Positions 11,360 through 22,910 of a stretch of DNA of 64,000 nt are shown here, piece after piece. Location: assembly GCA_030390025.1 (NCBI GenBank), contig CM059433.1, forward strand, positions 2,170,001 to 2,234,000. Direction: 5' to 3'. The notes under the pieces are model-generated. The model was not told where the DNA came from. It searched no databases and worked only from the letters and a program-made list of their open reading frames with translations. How positions within the stretch are numbered: position 1 is the stretch's first letter; each line of letters begins with the position of its first letter. Made by a program: the position numbers and the translations under genes. The stretch comes from Squalus acanthias (lineage: Eukaryota).

Positions 11360-13142
11360 GGCCGAAATTTTGCCGGAGCTTCCGAGTGCGGGTTTGGAGG
11401 CGGGTCCGCTGTCAGAATCAAAAAGATTGACAGTGGGTCGGTATCCCGCTGTAAAGCCCGCCTCCTTGTCAGTTTCCCAAGTGTCGGGTCTGTCATCCCT
11501 GAACAAGCAGCGGGTCAGCCAATTTAGATACTTAAAAGCTTGTTAAAAGGTAGTTAAGCAGGATTTTGCCATGTACTTATCATTTTACCAGCTTTTTCAC
11601 GAGTTTCCCAGCGCGCGGGGATCATGTCAGGTGAGTAGGTCGGGTGTTGTGTCAGCTTGGAATGATTTACTAATCTGACAGCTGCAAATGGTCTATGAAA
11701 GCTCCCATTTCATAGCTGTTCACTTTCCACGGTCAGAAGCTGTTGCTTACTGCATTTGGAAGACAGATTGAGCTTTATGTGCTAGCAAGTGTTTGGAGCA
11801 AACTCTCTATCCAGCGTCACCTCATTGGAACCAGCTCTCTCACCATTGACAGATCGCTTCGGTCATCTCAACCTCACCTGCCATCTATTCCATCAGCATC
11901 GGTGCCCTTAAAAAATCTCACCTTGGTCCTCAGAATCCTAACATGATCAGCCCCAACACCAGCATCACCGGACACACCAGCAGCACCACCATCCACACCA
12001 ACCTTCTCCGCAATCAGCTGATGCTGCACTGGACACAGGACATCATCACCTGTGCACATTGGTGCCCGGGACGCCAGCGATGGCCTCACCATGTCCAGAT
12101 TTACTTCACTTAACACTGTATACCCTGGCTGCCACATGATGCACCAGGTTGGCACCACCCCACACCAGCACCATAAAGCATCCCTGCAATGTCCAAGCCA
12201 TTCCTTTCACACTCGTCACCATTGGGGCGGGGGTAGGGGGACGTTATGTCTCACCATTCACTGAAACTCGCTAAGACACTTTCAGAGGTGCACACAAATC
12301 TGTCCAAGAAGGCAAAGTGGTGAAAATAAGGATGAAAATAAGGATTTCAATGCTTGACAACAAATTAACAGAAGGTTTACATGAACATTGGCTAAAACAT
12401 CCAATTGCCTACCCTTGTGTGTTGTTAGTTGGTATGATTGGACTGGGATGAGGGCGAGTGTGAGGGGTCGCTAGTGAGATGGGGATGTGATAATGTAGAT
12501 AGAGAGGGATGGGTGGAGGTCCAAGGTAAGCTGGTGTGAGTAAGAATGTGCAGGAGTAGGGTAGGGAAGGCAGAGTGATGGGGATGTGATGAGAGGCACA
12601 GTAGGACGAGGTTGCGTATGGCTTTGCAGTAGCGTTTCGTAATCTACTGAGATCATTGAAAGGTTTGCGCCACTGCAGCCAGGTCCTGACGACGTCCCTG
12701 CTTGTGCCCTCCTGTGCAATATGCAACCAGGCTGCGTTGATCTCCTGGGGAGGTCTCTTCCGCCCATTGGAAGGGAAGAGAGCCTCCCTGCGAGCTGTTA
12801 CTCCCTCCATAAGCACATGGAGGGAGTCATGGGAGAGCCTGGGTGCAGCCGTGCACCTTTGTGCAGTGATTGTCAGTGTTTGCAGCTCCTCAATGTTGTA
12901 GAACACTGACAGCACAAATGTCAAAATGAATGTGGACACGGTCCCTTTAAGGAAACCGGCTGATGACGCGTCATCAGATGACATCATTAGATGAAGTCAC
13001 CAGACCCGCTTCCTTTTAATTGGCCGGTAACCTCGCACGGTGGGCTTAACAAGCCCAATCAGGGATGAAAAAGGGAGTGGGGTTTGAGGCTGCTGCCTAC
13101 TCAGACCGCACCGGACTCGCCACAGCTAGCGAAATCGCGGCC
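11360..13142. mobile_element. Internally deleted PIF/Harbinger transposon
   Basis: TSD CTG at 11357-11359 and 13143-13145; imperfect TIR GGCCGAAATTTTGC / GCGAAATCGCGGCC; Myb/SANT remnant on the - strand. Confidence 0.85.
12640..12865 (-). pseudogene. Harbinger Myb/SANT-like (trihelix) DNA-binding domain remnant
   Basis: APRLSHDSLHVLMEGVTARREALFPSNGRKRP..AAWLHIAQE..RTWLQWRKPFNDL fits the APRFS..L..W..IA..RT..QCRKRFNDL pattern. Confidence 0.8.
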
Positions 13143-14431
13143 CTGGAGTGTGATCTCAACGCATGTACTGCACCGAGTGCTACACACAATTTTGTTTATT
13201 CACACCGCATGTAAAATGTTATGTCTTGCAAAATTCTATGTTATGATGTAAATACAGTCAAATGCACACAGCAAAGTTCAGCTTATGAATAGCGGCCCCA
13301 TGTTTTCCTAGAATGACTGGTAGACTGTACCGTGCTAACTCCCTCTCTAATTACTTAATTATCACTTCACTGACAGGTGCATGAGTTCAGTCAGTAAAAT
13401 GCAAGGGGACAATAAAAATAATTGCATAATTATGACAGTGGTAGAGGGACTGTAATATCAACAGTTCCCAGTAACCACACGGGACTTGGGTTTACGACAG
13501 CTGATTGTGTACTGCAATGATTGTTATAGCAAGCCTGCAGTGTATATTGTTTTTGATGAATAGAGCGCGCTACTACAGCAGAATTTTAATAGGCTGACCA
13601 AACTAATGAAGAGTACATGACTGTGTCAACAAAATCTGAGAACAGTTGTAGAAACTGAAAAATTGCATTAAATATTAAAATAATGCCCCTGGAAAGATCA
13701 TGTATAAAATCCACTGACCTAGTCATTTAGTGATGTCTTTTCAGACTAACAAACAGAACTATTCCAACACACCAAGCATTGCATACAACCTGAAGCTATT
13801 CCCATCTAATAACATTAAATATCTCATCTATAAGACTATCTGCATCAGCGTCTTATCCACATGGGTATCCAGGCAGCTAATAATGGAATTAGGTACGGCA
13901 GGTGTTCTCTGTAACAAGACAAAACTTACGCAACGCTTGCCCACAATTTAAACAAAAATGTAGGAACCTGAGGCAGTCCTTTAGGATTTCAGTCCTGTTC
14001 TGCAAAGTGAAGGGGACATTATTCGAATTCACCTTAAAACCTTGCATTTGTGTGAGGTTTAAATTTCCCCAGACATTATGGTGAGCATTAACAGGTTCAC
14101 AAGGCCCTACTAAAGGTTCTTTTTAACATTGTAAAGAGCATTTTTAAGAGCTATACATTTACAAGAAATAATTCAATGAGCAAGTGAGTATTGGCAGGCT
14201 TAAAATGACAACAGGTTATTAAGAATGACACCAGTTTCACAAGTGTTGTCAGACTGCATTTTGAGAGGTATAGTTGCATTATTGGCTGAGGCTCTGATAT
14301 CATAGTCGAAGGATATTTTTAAACGTTCTTCTTTCACAATGTCACTGTTCTCACCAAAAAGGCCATTCATTGCATTGAAAAATAGGTGGTGAAATTGACT
14401 TGAATAGAATGAAAATGGGGTGCGGTGTACG

Positions 14432-16015
14432 CAACACGAAGAACTTGTATTTATATAGCGCCTTTGACATAGTAAAACATCCTAAGGCGCTTCAAGGAGT
14501 ATTATAAAACAAAATTTCACACGAAGCCACAAGGAGAAATTGGGGCAGGTGACCAAAAGCTTGGTCAAAGAGGTCGGTTTTAAGGAGCGTCTTAAAGGAG
14601 GAAAGAGAGGTAGCGAGGCGGAGAGGTTTAGGGAGGGAATTCCGGAGCTTAGGGCCCAGGCAACAGAAGGCACGGCCGCCAATGGTTGAGCAATTAAAAT
14701 CAGGGATGCTCAAGAGGGCAGAATTAGAGGAGCACAGATTTCTCGGGGGGGGGGGGGGGGGTAGTTGTGTGGCTGAAGGAGATTACAGAGATAGGGAGGG
14801 GCGAGGGCCATGGAGGGATTTGAAAACAAGGATGAGAATTTTAAAAGCGAGATGTTGCTTAACCGGGAGCCAATGGAGGTCAGTGATCACAGGGGTGATG
14901 GGTGAACAGGACTTGGTGTGAGTTAGGACACGGGCAGTCGAGTTTTGGATGACCTCAAGTTTATATGGGGTAGAATGTGGGAGGCAGCCAGGAGTGCGTT
15001 GGAATAGTCAAGTCTAGAGGTAATAAAGGCATGGATGAGGGTTTCAGCAGCAGATGAGCTGAGGCAAGGGCGGAGACGGGTGATGTTACGGAGGTGGAAG
15101 TAGGCAGTCTTTGTTATGGCGCGAATATGTGGTCGGAAGCTCATTTCAGGGTCAAATATGACACCAAGGTTGCGAACAGTGTGGTTCAGCCTCAGACAGA
15201 TGTTAGGGAGAGGGATGGAGTCAGTGGCTAGGGAATGGAGTTTGTGGCGGGCACTGAAGATAATGGCATCGGTCTTCCCAATATTTAGTTGAAAGAAATT
15301 TCTGCTCATCCAGAACTGGTTGTCGGACAGGCAGTCTGACAATTTAGAGACTGTGGAGGGGTCGAGAGAAGTGGTGGTGAGGTAGAGCTGGGTGTCGTCC
15401 GTGTACATGTGGAAACTGACGCTGTGTTTTCGGATGATGTCGCCGAGCGGAAGCATGTAGATGAGAAATAGGAGGGGCCGAAGGATAGCTCCTCGGGGGA
15501 CACCAGAGGTAACGATGCGGGAGCAGGAAGAGAAGTCATTGCCGGTGATTCTCTGGCTACGATTAGATAGATAAGAATGGACCCAGGTGAGTGCAATCCC
15601 ACCCAGCTGGATGACGTTGGAGGAGTGGGGGGGGCATTCTGTCAAGGCCATGATGTCGATGCAATCATCCGCTATAAGCTCCTGGATGGGCAAGGGCCTT
15701 GTTCACAAGTGAACGGACATTCTTGAGGGAAATTCCGGAGAGGGGCGTTCATAGCTGATCCGCTGCCAGAGTCCACAGGGTCAGCATTGGGAGGGGTAAG
15801 TTGGACGGGGAAGCTTGGTGGGAAGGTCGGTGAGAGACTAGGTTGCGACAAGTGAGGTTGCTGCTCGTGAGGAGGCAACGACAATTGCCTCAATGAGCCC
15901 TTCGGAGGATGCCAAGAGAGGCACAGAGGGAAGCTGTAGGCTTATCTAAGAGGGCGTCAAGCCTGGTATGGCGGCAAGAGAGTCGGTAGATCGAAGAGTA
16001 ATGAAGGGTTTGGGG
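14432..16015 (-). mobile_element. L2-type LINE with large internal deletion (5' region and APE N-terminus joined to RT C-terminal half)
   Basis: NVRSLVNKAL/IQELIADDCIDIMALTE (APE start) fused near 15625 to SGVPRG...YTDDTQLY...SRLDYSNALLA; tail GGCGCTATATAAATACAAGTT. Confidence 0.88.
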
Positions 16016-16193
16016 TACCAGTAAAACAGGCCTGTTTTGCTCTACTGTCATTGGCCAACTTTACCCCCATAATATTAAAAAAAAACTATTGTCATCTTTT
16101 ATTATCTCCACCCCCAACCAACTAACATGCGTGTGTACACAGACACACACACCTTTGCCAAGCACTATTGCAGCCAAACCTATCAAGTAACCG

Positions 16194-17392
16194 AAGCCTT
16201 TGACACGGTTGACCATTCCATCCTTCTCCGATGCCTCTCCACCGTCGTCCAGCTGGGTGGGACTGCACTCGCCTGGTTCCATTCTTATCTATCCAATCGT
16301 AACCAGAGAATCACCTGCAACGGCTTCTCTTCCCGCTCCCGCATCGTTACCTCTGATGTCCCCCAAGGATCTATCCTTGGCCCCCTCCTATTTCTCATCT
16401 ACATGTTGCCCCTTGGCGACATATGAAAACACAGCGTCAGTTTCCACATGTACGCTGACGACGCCCAGCTCTACCTCACTACCTCGTCTCTCGACCCCTC
16501 CACGGTCTCTAAATTGTCAGACTGCTTTTCCAACATCCAGTTCTGGATGAGCAAAAATTTTCTCCAATTAAATATTGGGAAAACCGAAGCCATTGTTTTC
16601 GGTCCCCGCCACAAACTCCGTTCCCTAGCCACTGACTCCATCCCTCTCCCTAACATCTGTCTGACTGAACCACACTGTTCACAACCTTGGTGTCATATTT
16701 GACCCTGAAATGAGCTTCCGACCATAACAAAGACCGCCTACTTCCACCTCTAACATCGCCCGTCTCCGCCCTTGCCTCAGCTCATCTGCTGCTGAAATCC
16801 TCATCCATGCCTTTGTTACCTCCAGACTTGACTATTCCAACGCACTCCTGGCTGGCCTCCCACATTCCACCCTACGTAAACTTGAGGTCATCCAAAACTC
16901 GGCTGCCCGTGTCCTAACTCACACCAAGTCCCGTTCACCCATCACCCTCTGTGCTCGCTGACCTACGTTGGCTCCTGGTTAAGCAGCGCCTCGATTTCAA
17001 AATTCTCATCCTTGTTTTCAAATCCCTCCATGGCCTCGCCCCTCCCTATCTCTGTAATCTCCTTCAACCCCCCGAGATATCTGCGCTCCTCTAATTCTGC
17101 CCTCTTGAGCATCCCTGATTATAATCGCACAACCATTGGTGGCCGTGCCTTCTGTTGCCTAGGCCCTAAGCTCTAGAATTCCCTCCCTAAACCTCTCCGC
17201 CTCGCTACCTCTCTTTCCTCCTTTAAGACGCTCCTTAAAACCTACCTCTTTGACCAAGCTTTTGGTCACCTGCCCTAATTTATCCTTATGTGGATCGGTG
17301 TCATTTTGTGTCAGAAAATATTCCTGTGAAGCGCCCTGGGACGTTTTACTACGTTAAAGGCGCTATATAAATACAAGTTGTTGTTGTTGTTG
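16194..17392 (+). mobile_element. L2-type LINE, 5'-truncated
   Basis: [34 protein letters not shown]; ends GCTATATAAATACAAG(TTG)n. Confidence 0.92.
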
Positions 17393-19487
17393 AAGGCTAT
17401 TCCGTGGAGGCATCAAAATTCCCCTTTGGGAGGAGAGTTTCCCAGAGTGGCGCTCGTCACCTGGCGATGACTGTCATAGCAAAGGTAAATAACTCCCATT
17501 CCCCTTATTTAGGTCAGGTCTGCCATCTTGGGTTTGGCTGCAGGACTGACCTCCCAGCCCACCAGTAATGGCCGTAAATACAGTTTTAGAATTGTTGGGC
17601 TGGACTCACCCACAGCACCCCACCCCCCACCCCCCCCCCCCCCCCCCTCCCCTCCTCAAATCGCAGAAGGTTTGACTCCACCAACAGTGAAGGTTGCTCT
17701 TGCATTGTTGGCTATTGTTACCAAATATGTGCCACATTATAAACAGGGCAGACTCACTAGCAAGGGAGCTACCTACCGTCAGATGCAGTTCTGTAACATA
17801 AATAGGATATTTGCCTCAACGGTATACTTTCAGCTTGTCGAGCTGTTGGCACAGGAACGCTTCCAGTCAGTTTCCCAGCGATGTCATCGCCACTCATTAG
17901 GGCAAGCGATGAACAGAAACTGCCCTGAAGCAAAATAATAAAAGCTTATTTCATGGATTTGTTGTGCAGGTCAGCACTTAACAAAAGGGACAATTAATTG
18001 ACGTTTATGTGAAATACATAACTTAGAAAAGTGGTTTCTGATCATTTCTCTTTGCTTATGAGTTTTACTTGGTGAGGAGATGTGTGCTAAATTATTGATT
18101 ATTCAAATCTTTTAACAGTACACAGGTGTGCAAACTAATCCAGCAAATGGTCAGTTAATAGACCAAACTAGTGATATTGTTACCATCATGACTAACTTGT
18201 AGAAAAGATGTATTATGATTCAATGAAAATCTTTATATCAGCTGTCTTGCAGCACCTATTATGACTGCCTGCCTCTTTCCTCTAGGCACAATTATAAAGA
18301 AATTGATGCCTGTGGTATGAAAATGAGCAAGAAATTCTGAAGGAGGTTAGCTAATGGGATGTGGAGTAGGTGGAAGAAAGTGAAAGACATGTTGTGGTTG
18401 CAGCATTAGCTGTCGAGTGAGACTTGTTTCACATTGCAGCAACATTGCTTTACAAAGGGCACCTTTCCTTCCAAAAATTTCCATAAAAGGATAACAGCTG
18501 ACAACAACGGGTTACACACTTGTTTAAGAAAGCTTCTCTCTGAGGCTCTTGCTGTTATCTGGATATTTCCTGTTAAGTATTTCAAAAGCCAGCAGCTTAG
18601 CCTCTTATGATTGGGAGATGGGCATAAGAGTTCATGTTAAAAATCTTGTCTCAAACCTTTACTTAACAGATTCGGCCAGTGATGCATGCGTTTTTAGTGT
18701 GAAGCCGGATAATCGTTCTTTATATTTTATATAAAGCATTTTCTTCGGTGGTATTTTTTTTCCAATTTTCTCTCCTGAAGACATCAACTCTAGCACCAGT
18801 AACTTTCTGCACTCCATGGGCCATTTTTATAACCTAGATGGTTGTTTGACTTGGATGTCTCGGACACCAAGATGGGTAGAATGGTGTGCCTATACAGAAA
18901 TAAGTAAAAATCCAACATGAAACTTTTGGGGTCAAGGGGAAAAGTAGTTGCCAAGGAATTTGAGTCCATATTATAAATACTGTCTGCATTAAGAACTCTA
19001 ATCTGATCTTGAGAGTAGAGGAGAAGACATTTTTATTACATAAGTTACAATTTCCCAGGTAGTGATATGAAAGTTCTGTATCCATGCAGAATAATGGGAG
19101 TCATTTCACAATGGAGCCAAGTTATTTCCAGCAGTTCAGAAATACTTCCTAGTATTGGTAGAACCAAGTAGGCTCCCCACCCCCACCTCAATTGGCAGCT
19201 GCACTGCACCTGCACGATCTTGCTTACTTATCCACTCACAGTGGCACTGAGTTTTGGAGGGACCTGCTTCACCGAACTGCTCATCCTGTAACCTCCTTAC
19301 CAACAAGAGACTACCCATCTGAGAGGAGGCGAGGTGTTTCACAGTCATGCTAATAATTAGGTTGGTTGTGATCATCAGTTTCTGGGGCATTGAGTCAGCT
19401 GCAGTTGTTACATTAGAGCAGACACGATGCAGATGTGGGGTCTCGGTTTCTGAGAGTCTGGAGACTGGGGGTTACTGATTTCATGCC

Positions 19488-19597
19488 ATTTATAGAGGTA
19501 TTGATGTATATCCAATAATAAAATTATAATATATTCTGATGTATTAGAGCTAATCTAATACAGTTATTATTGGATATACACCAACACCGCTATAAAT
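19488..19597. repeat. AT-rich inverted repeat (34-bp arms plus inner 9-bp stem)
   Basis: ATTTATAGAGGTATTGATGTATATCCAATAATAA vs TTATTATTGGATATACACCAACACCGCTATAAAT, 31 of 34 complementary. Confidence 0.9.
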
Positions 19598-19998
19598 TCT
19601 GCATTAAACTGGTCGTACACAAGTCGCAAGCAAGTGCAGTTAAGTTGCATATTGCAGTCTACAGTAATATACTGAAGCATTGAAATGAACACAAACGGTG
19701 TTTATGTTTTAGTTCCAACATCCATGTTATTTCCCTGCTTTTATTGTGAATTATTAAAGTCAAAGGAAAACCCTTTGGCACAAATTTTGAATGTATAATA
19801 ATAATTTGCCTCTTGTATTTCTTCCTCCTTGATTGATGTACACCTTTTTCCAGCACTGTATGGGATGAGAGAGAGAACTTGTGTGCGCCTCTCACTTAGT
19901 AGTCGGCATTCCCTTGTCTGGAAAAAGTCCCTTCCCTCCCTCTCCTGTTTTTGATGCTCTACACATCCCTGAAGCCGAGTCTGTCTGTTTCCTTTCAG

Positions 19999-20217
19999 CT
20001 GAATGTTGAAGCTAGGTTGGAGATTACTAAAAGAGCAATGAAAGCAATCAAACAGATCAGTGAGAAGCAGCAGAAAAAGGCTTTGGAAAGCAACATCCCA
20101 CCTGCATTGAATTCCCAAGTCAGCTATGAAGAGGCTTTAACTCATCTGCAGCAATCACTAGCTCATCTAGAAACACTCAACCACAGCTTTGTACACTCCC
20201 TAAAGGCCAGCAACCAG
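19999..20217 (+). CDS. NBAS: NBAS coding exon (about ex45, 219 nt)
   Basis: tttcag|CTG ... CAG|gtaaag; LNVEARLEITKRAMK...HLQQSLAHLETLNHSFVHSLKASNQ. Confidence 0.96.
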
Positions 20218-21114
20218 GTAAAGCTAATCTTGTCCTTCACAACCAACTGCACAATCTTCACTTTCTGTAAAAAGTGATTATATGACATCTAAAAGGCAAA
20301 ATCTTTAATCATAGAATTTTGATTTTAAAATGAAGGCTAGTTGTGCTTGACAATCAAATGTTTTTCATATTTGTGAATATCATGATTGGTGTTGTATCGG
20401 GTATGATAACGGTCAGTCACTTCACTGACAATATAGCCCTAACCTGAGAAATGTTCAAGTGCCTTCAGCCAAACCATCCCTTCTACAATTGTCCTCAATT
20501 CCACAACAAACCATGTCCCATTAGTTATCATTTATGTTATTTCCGCATCAAGCTAGTTTAAAGTCCTGTACTCTTAAAGTATCCTTGCTATTCATAGTGA
20601 ACCTGCGATTGTATCAACATTATCCTCTTCCTGATAACTGTAACCTGGGCTCAGTATTCAAGGCTGGTGTCTTTCGCTTCAGTGGGCTTGCCCAGTTCAT
20701 GCTTTTGACGAGCTTCACTGAAATAAAAATCAAGAAAACGAATGTGTCTGTTCCCACCCTCCCGTCATTGGTTTGGTGCCACATTGTTAATTTCTTAACC
20801 CTCAGCAACTGTCGTCCTATTAGTTGGTCAAATAAAAATGAAATGCAAAAACGGTGCCTTTGCATGCAGATTGTGTGTGCGCACACGCATTCATGCCTAA
20901 TAGTGGTGACTGATAAATCCAGAGAGTTGTGTGGCTAGTCTACCTGCCAGTTAATCCAGACAGACCTTCTTGATTAGCTCAGGGATGAGAGCTACCTGCA
21001 ATGTATTTATTTTATTGGAGTTCTCCTCCAATACTAGGGCCTAGCCCTTTTTTTTTGAATGCAGCCGGGTAAACTTTAAAACAACTATGTAAGCTTATGC
21101 ATTCAAAAACCGCA

Positions 21115-21555
21115 GTAATTTGGCTGAGTGGTAGCACTCATGACCTTCTGACTCCGAGGCAAGAGTTCAGGCACCATTCCAGAGACATAATCCAGGCTGA
21201 CACTTCAGTACAATACTACAGTGCACTATCGCAGGTGCCACCATTCGGACAAGACAAGGCCCCATCTACGCAAATCGAGATCCCACCAGCCCTAGCCAAG
21301 GCCCCGTCTGCCCTCTTGGTGGATGAAAAAGAGTCCATGCCACTTTTTGGAGAAGTACACATGAATTCTCCTGGTGTCCTGGCCAACATTTAACCTCCAA
21401 CCACCAAAAATAGATTAACTGGTCATTTATTTCACTGGTGTGTTTTGTGGAATTTTGTTGTGCGTATATTGGCTACTGAATTTCCCTACATTACAACCGT
21501 GACTACACGTCAAAAGTACTTTATTGGCTGTGAGGCACTTTGGGACGTCCTGAGG
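21115..21555 (+). mobile_element. tRNA-derived Deu-domain SINE (SacSINE1-like), degraded
   Basis: A-box TGGCTGAGTGG; body homologous to 61526-61984. Confidence 0.75.
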
Positions 21556-21639
21556 TCTGCAGTGTAATAAGAGTTTACTGTCTGTGGAAGGTTTCTGTCT
21601 TTCAGGGGAATATAAAGAGAAAAAAACTGCTTTAAAAAC

Positions 21640-21733
21640 TGGGGGGAAAAAGAAAATGTTGGAAATACATAGCAGGCCCATCAGCTTCTGAGAAGATACG
21701 TTAATGTTTTGGGCGCAAACCCTTAATCAGAGA
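21640..21733 (-). mobile_element. Diverged Penelope-like short repeat with decayed hammerhead motif
   Basis: - strand reads CTGATTAA-GGGT-TTGC-GCCC-AAAAC-ATTAAC, followed by the same downstream tail as the 1447 copy. Confidence 0.5.
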
Positions 21734-21786
21734 TGTTATATTTTTAAAACTCATTAAACCAAATAAATTATGTTTGTCTTTTTCAG

Positions 21787-21989
21787 GACCTGTTTCAAAA
21801 TTACTATCATTTGTATGACCTTTCGAGATCTGAAAGCAGTAAACTGCACGAGCTGGTGGTTACGATGGTTCTAGATGGACAACCTCTTGATATGATGCAG
21901 CAGATGCTGCTAGTTGCTGTAGAATCGCAAGACATATCCCCTCAGGCTGTTGTACAAGATGCTGTACAGAGAGTAATAAATGTACTAAG
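21787..21989 (+). CDS. NBAS: NBAS coding exon (about ex46, 203 nt)
   Basis: tttcag|GAC ... CTAAG|gtaggc; DLFQNYYHLYDLSRSESSKLHE...LDGQPL...DISPQAVVQDA. Confidence 0.96.
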
Positions 21990-22542
21990 GTAGGCTTACA
22001 ATCATGTACATTTTGGTGTTCTGAATTAGCTAGCTCAAATCAATTAATATTTCTATCCATGGTCCATTTTGCTGCCTTTACTCATTGGCCCAGAACAATT
22101 CTTGTCGTCTTTATTTGTTAATGCTGTACTGAATAATAGATCATTTGTATTAGAATAACATAGGATACAGGAGTTTCTTCATTTATTTTTTAAATCTTGA
22201 TTTTGCATTACTTCTCTGTAATCTGCATTGCGCCATTAATGTTGTTGATCTGCCTCCTTTGCTTTGTTAAATTCTCCCGGGGATTTTCATTTTTCCACTT
22301 TCAGATGCCACTGAAATGCACTATGACTAGAGGTAGTGCTAAGTTTAAACCAGAACAGTGTGTGTTCAGCTTTACTGTCAGAATTTGCTATTGCTTTCAT
22401 AATCTATTTGCATTTAAATTAATACAAGAAGCTTTAAGCAAAGACTGGCTTAATGATTAAAATCTCTGAATACCTCCTTCTGATTACATGCTTGCTTTGC
22501 TTTTAAATCTAAAGGGAGAGTTACTGGGGACATAAACTTACC

Positions 22543-22885
22543 GGCCCAGAATTTGCGGTCAACAGCGAAGCAAAGGCGTTCGGTGTCATTCCGCCTTTGA
22601 AACTGACCGCAACTTTAGGATCATGCGCATGCGCAAATCCAGAAGTTGCAGCCTGTCATTGACAGCTCCGAAACAGGCAGCGCTGTGCACCCCCTCCCCA
22701 TGGAGCCGGCAATCTGTGTAATCAGCCAAATCAGGGAAACTGACCAAAACTTCGGCTCTTCCGCAGTACGTACGCTGTTAAATTCCCCACTAAAAGTTAG
22801 ACCCAAAGGGATTAGGTGTAACTGGGGTTTTGACAGTGTTATTACTGCTAAACAAAGGTTAAGGGCCTGGAAAACTAATGAGTGG
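22543..22885. mobile_element. Truncated Harbinger-type MITE, cut by LINE
   Basis: Starts GGCCCAGAATTTGCGG; internal palindrome GCAACTT..TGCGCATGCGCA..AAGTTGC; right TIR not found. Confidence 0.45.
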
Positions 22886-22910
22886 TTTTCATTACCTGTG
22901 TATATCACAG

